Shown in pieces: positions 25,808-32,993 of a DNA stretch of 64,000 nucleotides (positions are counted from its first letter, which is position 1; every line of letters starts with the position of its first letter). The notes under the pieces are model-generated. The model was not told where the DNA came from, did not search any database, and worked only from the letters and a program-made list of their open reading frames with translations. The stretch is from Candidatus Onthomonas sp. GTDB lineage: Bacteria > Bacillota > Clostridia > Oscillospirales > Oscillospiraceae. The translations under genes were made by a program, and so were the position numbers. The DNA is taken from positions 31,706-95,705 of the forward strand of contig JBJDXS010000058.1 of assembly GCA_051866815.1 (NCBI GenBank). Reading direction: 5' to 3'.

Positions 25808-26650
25808 ATGAGCTACGCAAGTGTTGTCCTGACGGCGGACTGGGGAGGCGGGAGCCCCCGCACCGCCCAGGTGATCGGCTGTGCCAAGCAGGCGGATCCG
25901 TCGCTGGATGTCTGCCCCGCCCACATCTGGCTGGGCCGACAGGACATCGGCCAGGCCTCGGGGATGCTGTATGCCATGCTGCCCTTCTGGCCCGCCGGCA
26001 CCGTCTTTCTCAACCTGGTGCACGCCGTGGAGGGGGAGACGGCCTGGCTGGCGGCGGTGATGAAATGTGGCTGCATCCTGCTGACGCCGGATAACGGCAG
26101 CATCACCATGCCCCTGCGGGTGTTGGGGGTGTCCGGCCTCTACCGGATTTCCGGGGAGACCGACGACTTCCAGGCTGCCCGCCTGGCGGGGGAGATTGCC
26201 CGGAACGGCCTCTCTGCCGGGCTGCTGGGCAAGCCGGTGGAGGAAACGGAGATTTGCCAGCTGGCCTGGACAGAGCCGGTTCTGGCCCCCGGCCGGGCCT
26301 CCGGCGTCATTGTCCAGGTCATGCAGAACTTCGGCAACCTCACCACCAATATCCCCATCTCTGATTTCCAGACCACCGGCATTCAGGCCGGGGACTGGGT
26401 GCGCCTGACGGTGTGCCGGGGGGAGCAGGTGTTCTTTGACCAGGAGGCCCTCTATCACCACTCCTTCGGCTTTGCGGAGGACGGGGCACCCATCGTATTC
26501 AACGGCAGCAGCGGCTTTATGGGCTTTGGCCTCAACCGCCGGAACTTTGTCAAGACCTATCTGTCCCCGCTGGAGCAGCCGGGGCAGACCCCCACAGAAT
26601 ATCAGGTTTCCATTGTGAAAGTGGACAGGAGTGTGCAAGATGAAAAGTGA
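25808..26650 (+). CDS. DUF62-fold protein, paralog 2 (catalytic motifs degenerate)
   Basis: Same length and collinear with the other paralogs (PFWPAGTVF, TPDNGS, FGNLTTNIP retained). However VVDPGVGTAR becomes LVHAVEGETA, and the FHGRD segment is deleted or replaced. Confidence 0.75.
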   Translation: MSYASVVLTADWGGGSPRTAQVIGCAKQADPSLDVCPAHIWLGRQDIGQASGMLYAMLPFWPAGTVFLNLVHAVEGETAWLAAVMKCGCILLTPDNGSITMPLRVLGVSGLYRISGETDDFQAARLAGEIARNGLSAGLLGKPVEETEICQLAWTEPVLAPGRASGVIVQVMQNFGNLTTNIPISDFQTTGIQAGDWVRLTVCRGEQVFFDQEALYHHSFGFAEDGAPIVFNGSSGFMGFGLNRRNFVKTYLSPLEQPGQTPTEYQVSIVKVDRSVQDEK

Positions 26651-27494
26651 TCTGGTTCTGCAAACCGATTTCAGCCTGTCTACCGGCTATGTGGCCGCCA
26701 TGTACGGCGTCATCAAGCTGGTGGATCGCTCCCTCAACGCCTACGACCTGAACCATGAGATCCGGGCCTTTGACGTCAAGCAGGCCTCGGAGCTGCTCAA
26801 GGCCACCATCCCCTTCTGGCCCCAGGGCACCGTCTTTGTGTCGGTGGTGGATCCCGGGGTGGGTACCGCCCGCCGGGGTTGCGTCGCCCTGCTGAACAAC
26901 GGCAGCTATGTGGTCACCCCGGACAACGGTACCCTCACCGCCCTGAAGGATCAGGTGGTGGCCATCCGCCAGATCGATGAGACGGTGAACCGGCTCCCCG
27001 GCAGCGAAAACGGAAACACCTTCCACGGTCGGGACGTCTTTGCTTACTGCGCCGCCCGGCTGGCCGCCGGGATCATCGACTACAACGGGGTTGGCCCCGC
27101 CTATCCCCTCAGCGAGCTGGTGACCTATACCCAGAATCAGCCGGAAATCTCCGAAGGAAAAGCGGTGGGCGAGATCGGCGGCGCCGAACGCCACTTCGGA
27201 GGCGTCAGCTTCAACATCACCGCCGAGGAGTTCGCCAGCACCGGCATTCAGCGGGGGGATATGACCCACATCACCATCACCAAGGGCTGCGACCGGTACT
27301 TTGACGGGGACGTGCTCTATCACTGGTCCTTTGGCTATGTGCCGGTGGGGGAGCCCATCCTGTATAACGGCAGCACCAGCGTCTATATCAGCCTCTCCCT
27401 CAACCAGCGGAACTTTGTCCAGAAGTATCTGCCGGATATCTGGGATACCGGGGTCAACTTCTCCGATTACAAGGTCACTATCACAAAGAAGTAG
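26640..27494 (+). CDS. DUF62 SAM hydrolase/halogenase-fold protein, paralog 3 (motifs intact)
   Basis: QTDFS, FVSVVDPGVGTARR, TPDNGTL, FHGRDVFAYCAARLAAG. Its start overlaps the paralog 2 stop by 11 nt; an alternative ATG lies at 26631. Confidence 0.85.
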   Translation: MKSDLVLQTDFSLSTGYVAAMYGVIKLVDRSLNAYDLNHEIRAFDVKQASELLKATIPFWPQGTVFVSVVDPGVGTARRGCVALLNNGSYVVTPDNGTLTALKDQVVAIRQIDETVNRLPGSENGNTFHGRDVFAYCAARLAAGIIDYNGVGPAYPLSELVTYTQNQPEISEGKAVGEIGGAERHFGGVSFNITAEEFASTGIQRGDMTHITITKGCDRYFDGDVLYHWSFGYVPVGEPILYNGSTSVYISLSLNQRNFVQKYLPDIWDTGVNFSDYKVTITKK

Positions 27495-27505
27495 GAGGCG
27501 TCTCT

Positions 27506-28345
27506 ATGGCCAAACCCAGTATTGTATTTCAGACCGACTTCGGACTGGGGGGCGGCGGTGCCATGTACGGTGTCTGCAAGCAGGTGGATCCCGGCCTCCG
27601 GTTCTACGAGCTGACCCACACCATCCCCACCTTCGACGTGGTCAAGGCATCCCTCTCCCTTCGGGATGTGATGCCCGCCTGGCCCGAGGGAACCATCTTT
27701 GTCTCGGTGGTGGATCCCGGGGTGGGCACCGCCCGCCGGGCCTCCATCGCCCGCACCTGCAACGGCTACTATATCACCACCCCGGACAACGGCAGCCTCA
27801 CCTATCCTCTGCTGGACTTCGGCATCGAGGAGATCCGCCAGATCGACGAGACGGTGAACCGCTACCACGGCACCGAGAACACCAGCATTTTCCACGGCCG
27901 GGATCTCTTCGCCTACTGCGCCGCCCGGCTGGCCGCCGGGGTCATCGACTTCGAGGGCGTCGGCCCCGCCTATCCCGTCTCTGAGATCGTCACCTTCCCG
28001 GTGCCCAAGTACACGGTAGAGGCCGGGATCGCCTCCGGCAGCATCACCGGCTGCCTGGCCAGCTTCGGCAACCTGGACACCAGCATCCCCGCCTCCGCCA
28101 TGGCAAAGACAGGCATTGCCAGCGGCGGCCGCGTGCGCCTCACCCTCTGCCATGGGGAGGAAGTCCTGTTTGACCGGCCGGTGCTGTATCGGGAGTCCTT
28201 TGCCGACGCCCAGCCCGGGGAGGAGATTCTCTTTCACAACTACAGCGGCTTTTTGGGCATTGCCGTCAACCGGGGCAGCTTTGCCCAGCGCTACCAGGTG
28301 GGCACCGGCCCGGACTGGACGGTCACGGTGAGAAAGGCGGAGTGA
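27506..28345 (+). CDS. DUF62 SAM hydrolase/halogenase-fold protein, paralog 4 (motifs intact)
   Basis: QTDFG, FVSVVDPGVGTARR, TPDNGSL, FHGRDLFAYCAARLAAG. SD is AGGAGG. Confidence 0.85.
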   Translation: MAKPSIVFQTDFGLGGGGAMYGVCKQVDPGLRFYELTHTIPTFDVVKASLSLRDVMPAWPEGTIFVSVVDPGVGTARRASIARTCNGYYITTPDNGSLTYPLLDFGIEEIRQIDETVNRYHGTENTSIFHGRDLFAYCAARLAAGVIDFEGVGPAYPVSEIVTFPVPKYTVEAGIASGSITGCLASFGNLDTSIPASAMAKTGIASGGRVRLTLCHGEEVLFDRPVLYRESFADAQPGEEILFHNYSGFLGIAVNRGSFAQRYQVGTGPDWTVTVRKAE

Positions 28346-28347
28346 GC

Positions 28348-28833
28348 ATGGGAAATATTCTGTTTCAATCGGACTACGGCCTGGGTAACGGCACGGCGGA
28401 GCTGAGCGGCATCTGCCTCCGGGTAGACCCGGCGCTGCAGATCTACACGCTGAGCCATGACCTCCCCCGCCTGGACGTGGCTGCCGCCGCCGCCAATCTG
28501 GCCGCCGTGGAGCCCCTCTGGCCGGCAGGGACCGTCCTGGTCTCTCTGGTGGACCCGGAGGTGGGGACGGAGCACCGGATCTGCGCCGCCCGTACCGTCC
28601 ACGGCTGCTATATGCTCACAGCAGACAACGGCGCTCTGGCCCCGCTGAAGAAGTCCATCGATCAGGTGCGGGACATCGGGCAGCTGCTGAAGCAGTACCC
28701 TTTCCCCGCCGCCTCCGCGCTGCTCCACGGCAAGGACCTGGCCTGGGCTGCCGCCCTGCTGGCCTCCGGCCAGCGCCCCTTTGAGGCGCTGGGGGATCCC
28801 TATCCGGTGGAAGAGATTGCAGGTGCAGTTTAG
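28348..28833 (+). CDS. DUF62 N-terminal domain-only protein, paralog 5 (truncated or stand-alone)
   Basis: 161 aa with QSDYG, LVSLVDPEVGTEHR, TADNGAL, LHGKDLAWAAALLASG. It ends where the C-terminal barrel domain should begin. Could be a gene remnant. Confidence 0.6.
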   Translation: MGNILFQSDYGLGNGTAELSGICLRVDPALQIYTLSHDLPRLDVAAAAANLAAVEPLWPAGTVLVSLVDPEVGTEHRICAARTVHGCYMLTADNGALAPLKKSIDQVRDIGQLLKQYPFPAASALLHGKDLAWAAALLASGQRPFEALGDPYPVEEIAGAV

Positions 28834-28868
28834 TTGACATAAAATTCAGATGCGGATGTTCCGCGGTA

Positions 28869-28907
28869 ACGCCCCCGTTTCCGCCCTTGCGCGGGAGACG
28901 GGGGCGC
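28869..28907 (+). other. Strong GC hairpin after the DUF62 array, without a U tract
   Basis: CGCCCCCGT...ACGGGGGCG with an inner CCGC/GCGG pairing. No T run follows, so terminator function is uncertain. Confidence 0.35.
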
Positions 28908-28969
28908 TGCCGTGTGCTCCGCCGCGAGAGGGCAGGACTGTGGCTGCTCTCATATTTTTTGCAGATTTC

Positions 28970-28998
28970 TTGTCTTTCCCCCGGGCCGATGCTATAAT
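28970..28998 (+). promoter_or_regulatory. pyrE promoter candidate (TTGTCT-17-TATAAT)
   Basis: TTGTCT at 28970-28975 and TATAAT at 28993-28998. Confidence 0.5.
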
Positions 28999-29038
28999 GA
29001 ATCGAAACCCGATAATTACAACCAGGAGGGACTATTTT

Positions 29039-29710
29039 ATGACTTATCAAGAGGAATTTATCACCTTTATGGTGCGCTCCGGCGTGCTGACCTTCGGCGA
29101 CTTCACCACCAAGAGCGGGCGCAAAACCCCCTACTTTGTCAATACCGGCAACTACAAGACCGGCGCCCAGGCCGCCAAGCTGGGCGACTACTACGCCGCC
29201 TGCATCCAGGAGAACCTCCCTGAAGGGATTGACGCCCTCTTTGGCCCCGCCTATAAGGGCATCCCCCTGGCTGTCACCGCCGCCGCCTCCCTCTACCGGA
29301 ACTATGACCGGGACTTGCCCTACTGCTTTAACCGTAAGGAGGCCAAGGATCACGGCGAGGGAGGCTCCATGGTGGGCTATAAGCCCCAGGACGGGGACCG
29401 GATCGCCATCATTGAGGACGTGGTCACCGCCGGTACCGCTGTCCGGGAGTCCATCGCCCTGTTTGAGCATGTGGCCAAGGTGGATATCAAGGCCCTCTTC
29501 GTCTCAGTCGACCGGATGGAGCGGGGCACCCGGGACTGCTCCACCCTGGACGAGCTGCACCAGGACTACGGCATCCAGGTATTCCCCATCGTCACCGTCC
29601 GCCAGGTCATCGACTTCCTGCATAACAATCCCATCGACGGGAAAATCTACATTGACGACGATATGAAGGCCCGGATGGAGGCCTATCTGGCCACCTATGG
29701 AGCCCGATAA
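29039..29710 (+). CDS. pyrE: Orotate phosphoribosyltransferase
   Basis: FGDFTTKSGRKTPYFVN, the PRPP loop IAIIEDVVTAGTA, and AYKGIPLA. Start at ATG 29039, after AGGAGGG. Confidence 0.9.
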   Translation: MTYQEEFITFMVRSGVLTFGDFTTKSGRKTPYFVNTGNYKTGAQAAKLGDYYAACIQENLPEGIDALFGPAYKGIPLAVTAAASLYRNYDRDLPYCFNRKEAKDHGEGGSMVGYKPQDGDRIAIIEDVVTAGTAVRESIALFEHVAKVDIKALFVSVDRMERGTRDCSTLDELHQDYGIQVFPIVTVRQVIDFLHNNPIDGKIYIDDDMKARMEAYLATYGAR

Positions 29711-30434
29711 GGACAAGCCGGCTCCTCCGGAGCCCCGGCCCAAGCGGGAGCCCAGCATCCACACCGGACATCGCCAGCGGGTCAAGGCCCGCCTCCTGGA
29801 GCACGGCGGCCAGCAGCTGGAGGACTATCAGCTGCTGGAGCTGCTGCTCTTTTACACCCATCCCCGGGGGGACGTGAATCCCCTGGCTCACCGGATCATC
29901 AACCGGTTCGGCAGCCTGAAGGCTGTGCTGGACGCCTCTCCGGACGAGCTGAAGGAGGTGGTGGGCGTCTCCGACAACACCGCCGCCCTGTTCCGGCTGT
30001 GCTACGAGGTGATGCTCCGCTACCAGCGCTCCACAGTGGGGCCGGGCATGCTGGTCCGCTCCACCGAGGAGGCGGGGGACGCCCTGCGGCCCTACTTCCT
30101 GGGGGCAAAGGAGGAGATGGTCTACCTTCTGTCGGTGGACAGCAAGGGCAAGCTGCTGGGCTGCGACCTGATCTCCACGGGCTCGGCGGACGCCGTGCTG
30201 CTCAACCAGCGGAAAATCGTGGAGCGGGCCATCAGCCGCCGGGCCAGCCAGGTCTATCTGTCCCACTGCCACGTCTCCGGGCTGGCCTGGCCCTCCCGGG
30301 ACGACATCTGGTCCACCCGCCAGCTCAGTCAGGCCCTCCGGCTGCTGAATATCCGCCTGGTGGATCATCTGATCTTCTCCGATGGGGACTACGTCTCCAT
30401 GGCACAATCCGAGCTGATGGAGGAAACCATTTGA
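29697..30434 (+). CDS. radC: RadC-family (UPF0758, JAB/MPN-like) protein
   Basis: HRQRVKARLLEHG...LEDYQLLELLL...FGSLKAVLDASPDELKEV (HhH) plus a C-terminal MPN-like domain (SHCHVSG...PSRDD). Overlaps the pyrE end by 14 nt. Confidence 0.8.
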   Translation: MEPDKDKPAPPEPRPKREPSIHTGHRQRVKARLLEHGGQQLEDYQLLELLLFYTHPRGDVNPLAHRIINRFGSLKAVLDASPDELKEVVGVSDNTAALFRLCYEVMLRYQRSTVGPGMLVRSTEEAGDALRPYFLGAKEEMVYLLSVDSKGKLLGCDLISTGSADAVLLNQRKIVERAISRRASQVYLSHCHVSGLAWPSRDDIWSTRQLSQALRLLNIRLVDHLIFSDGDYVSMAQSELMEETI

Positions 30435-30506
30435 CATAGAACGCCCGTTCTGTTACAATGCTCCTGTACACAGATTTTGCGGTTTTTTCTCCTGCGGAGG
30501 TGTCCT

Positions 30507-32477
30507 ATGCCCAACTTTCAGGTGGTCAGTGAATACCAGCCCAGCGGCGATCAGCCCCAGGCCATCCAAGCCCTTGCCCGGGGCGTGGAGCTGGGGCTGG
30601 ACGAGCAGACGCTGCTGGGCGTCACCGGCTCCGGCAAGACCTATACTATGGCCAAGGTCATTGAAGCGGTCCAGCGCCCCACCCTGGTGCTGGCCCACAA
30701 CAAGACCTTGGCCGCTCAGCTGTGCAGCGAGTTCAAGGAGTTTTTCCCCAACAACGCGGTGGAGTACTTTGTCTCCTACTACGACTACTACCAGCCGGAG
30801 GCCTACATTCCCCATACAGACACCTTCATTGAGAAGGACGCCTCCATCAACGAGGAGATCGAGCGGCTGCGCCACAGCGCCACAGCCGCTCTCTTTGAGC
30901 GCCGGGATGTAATTGTGGTGGCCTCTGTCTCCTGCATCTACGGCCTGGGCGACCCCATCGACTACAAGAACATGGTAATTTCCCTGCGCACCGGCATGGA
31001 GAAGCCCCGCAACGAGCTGCTCCACAAGCTGGTGGAGATCCGCTACGAGCGAAACGACATCGCCTTCGAGCGCAACACCTTCCGGGTTCGGGGGGACACG
31101 GTGGACATCTACCCGGTCTATTCCAAGGACCACGCCATCCGGGTGGAGTTCTGGGGAGACGAGGTGGAGCGGATCGCCGAGATCAACGCGGTCACCGGCG
31201 CCCCAACCCGGATTCTCAACCATGTGGCCATCTACCCCGCCAGCCACTATGTCACCACCAAGGAGAAGATGGAGCGGGCCATCAGCGAGATTCAGACGGA
31301 GCTGGAGGAGCGGGTGAAGTTCTTCCAGAGTCAGGACAAGGCCATCGAGGCCCAGCGCATCCAGCAGCGGACGGAATACGATATCGAGATGATGCGGGAG
31401 CTGGGCTACTGTACCGGCATCGAGAACTATTCCCGGGTCATCTCCGGCCGGCCGGCAGGTTCCCCTCCCATGACCCTGCTGGACTACTTCCCCAAGGATT
31501 TTCTTCTCTTTATCGACGAGAGCCACGTCACTTTGCCCCAGGTGCGGGCCATGTACAACGGCGACCGGGCCCGAAAGACCAGTCTGGTGGACTACGGCTT
31601 TCGGCTCCCCTGCGCCTTTGACAACCGGCCCCTGAAGTTTGATGAGTTCGAGCAGCGGCTCAACCAGGTGATCTACGTCTCCGCCACCCCGGGAGAGTAT
31701 GAGCGCAGCCGCTCCGGCCAGGTTGTGGAGCAGGTGATCCGTCCCACCGGCCTGCTGGACCCCCTGGTGGAGGTGCGGCCCATCGACGGGCAGATCGACG
31801 ACCTCATCGGCGAAATTAACCTGCGGGTACAGCGCAACGAGCGGGTGCTGGTCACCACTCTCACCATCAAAATGGCGGAGGACCTCACCGCCTACCTTCA
31901 GAAGTCGGGCATCAAGGTGAAATATATGCACCACAACGTCCAGACCATCGAGCGCACCGAGATCATCCGGGATCTGCGCCTGGGCAAGATTGACGTGCTG
32001 GTGGGCATCAACCTGCTCCGGGAGGGCCTGGACATGCCGGAGGTCTCCCTGGTGGCCATTCTGGATGCGGACAAGGAGGGCTTCCTCCGCAGCGAGACCG
32101 CCCTCATCCAGACCATCGGCCGGGCCGCCCGGAATGCCGACGGCCGGGTCATCCTCTACGCCGACACCATCACTCCCTCCATGGATCGGGCAATGACCGA
32201 GACGGCCCGCCGCCGGGAGATTCAGGACGCCTATAACCAGGCCCACGGCATCGTCCCCAAGACGGTGGTCAAGTCGGTGCGGGAGCTGCTGGAGATCTCC
32301 AAGGCGGTGGAGGAGACCGAGACCCGGAAAAAGCGGCCCCGCCGTCTCTCCCCGCAGGAGAAGGAGGCGGAGATCGCCCAGCTGGAGAAGCAGATGAAAG
32401 AGGCTGCGTCCCGGCTGGAGTTCGAGCTGGCCGCCGCGCTGCGGGATCAGATCATCGAGCTGCGGGGCGGGAAGTGA
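30507..32477 (+). CDS. uvrB: Excinuclease ABC subunit B
   Basis: [17 protein letters not shown] and a C-terminal UVR motif (AAALRDQI). Start at ATG 30507, after GGAGGTG. Confidence 0.96.
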   Translation: MPNFQVVSEYQPSGDQPQAIQALARGVELGLDEQTLLGVTGSGKTYTMAKVIEAVQRPTLVLAHNKTLAAQLCSEFKEFFPNNAVEYFVSYYDYYQPEAYIPHTDTFIEKDASINEEIERLRHSATAALFERRDVIVVASVSCIYGLGDPIDYKNMVISLRTGMEKPRNELLHKLVEIRYERNDIAFERNTFRVRGDTVDIYPVYSKDHAIRVEFWGDEVERIAEINAVTGAPTRILNHVAIYPASHYVTTKEKMERAISEIQTELEERVKFFQSQDKAIEAQRIQQRTEYDIEMMRELGYCTGIENYSRVISGRPAGSPPMTLLDYFPKDFLLFIDESHVTLPQVRAMYNGDRARKTSLVDYGFRLPCAFDNRPLKFDEFEQRLNQVIYVSATPGEYERSRSGQVVEQVIRPTGLLDPLVEVRPIDGQIDDLIGEINLRVQRNERVLVTTLTIKMAEDLTAYLQKSGIKVKYMHHNVQTIERTEIIRDLRLGKIDVLVGINLLREGLDMPEVSLVAILDADKEGFLRSETALIQTIGRAARNADGRVILYADTITPSMDRAMTETARRREIQDAYNQAHGIVPKTVVKSVRELLEISKAVEETETRKKRPRRLSPQEKEAEIAQLEKQMKEAASRLEFELAAALRDQIIELRGGK

Positions 32478-32478
32478 G

Positions 32479-32991
32479 ATGGAGCGGGATGGATTGCCGC
32501 AAAGGAAATCGCTGCGGCTTAAGACGTTTGATTACAGCGCACCAGGGTACTATTTTGTGACAGTATGTGTCAAGAACAGGGAATGCTTATTTTGTTATCG
32601 CCAACCGCGTAGGGGCGCACATTGTGCGCCCGTTTCCCCTGTCAAATTCCAGCCAACGGAAATCGGAAGCATTGTCGACAACGCAATTAAACGCATCCCT
32701 GTCCATTATCCATCTGCCATGGTGGAAAAATATGTGATTATGCCCAATCATATTCATTTGATTCTGGTTCTGTCCGGCAACGACGGGCGCACAATGTGCG
32801 CCCCTACGACCTCTCGCATCATTCATCACATGAAGGAATACGTCACAAAGCGTCTGCATTACTCCATCTGGCAAAAATCCTATTACGACCACATCATCCG
32901 CGACGAGCAAGACTTCCAGCGCATCTGGAACTATATCGACACCAACCCCCAAAAGTGGGAAGACGATTGTTATTACAAGGAATCTGATTGA
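32479..32991 (+). CDS. RAYT-like (REP-associated) IS200/IS605-superfamily Y1 HUH transposase
   Basis: 170 aa with the HUH motif MPNHIHLIL and a catalytic Tyr context [14 protein letters not shown]. Starts 1 nt after the uvrB stop and ends 2 nt before the uvrA ATG. Carries two internal REP copies. Confidence 0.8.
   Translation: MERDGLPQRKSLRLKTFDYSAPGYYFVTVCVKNRECLFCYRQPRRGAHCAPVSPVKFQPTEIGSIVDNAIKRIPVHYPSAMVEKYVIMPNHIHLILVLSGNDGRTMCAPTTSRIIHHMKEYVTKRLHYSIWQKSYYDHIIRDEQDFQRIWNYIDTNPQKWEDDCYYKESD
32609..32631 (+). repeat. REP-like hairpin repeat, copy 9, inside the RAYT CDS (GTAGGGGCGCAC-ATT-GTGCGCCC)
   Basis: Translated in frame as RRGAHCAP. Exact reverse complement of copy 10. Confidence 0.8.
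32785..32807 (-). repeat. REP-like hairpin repeat, copy 10, inside the RAYT CDS
   Basis: Plus strand reads GGGCGCACAATGTGCGCCCCTAC, translated as GRTMCAPT. This is the exact 23-nt reverse complement of 32609-32631. Confidence 0.8.
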
Positions 32992-32993
32992 CT

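Noticed and set aside
28869-28907. Hairpin after the DUF62 array, considered as a canonical rho-independent terminator or a PyrR attenuator for pyrE.
   Set aside because: The stem is strong, but no U tract follows and no PyrR-binding loop motif is visible. It is kept only as an 'other' structural feature.
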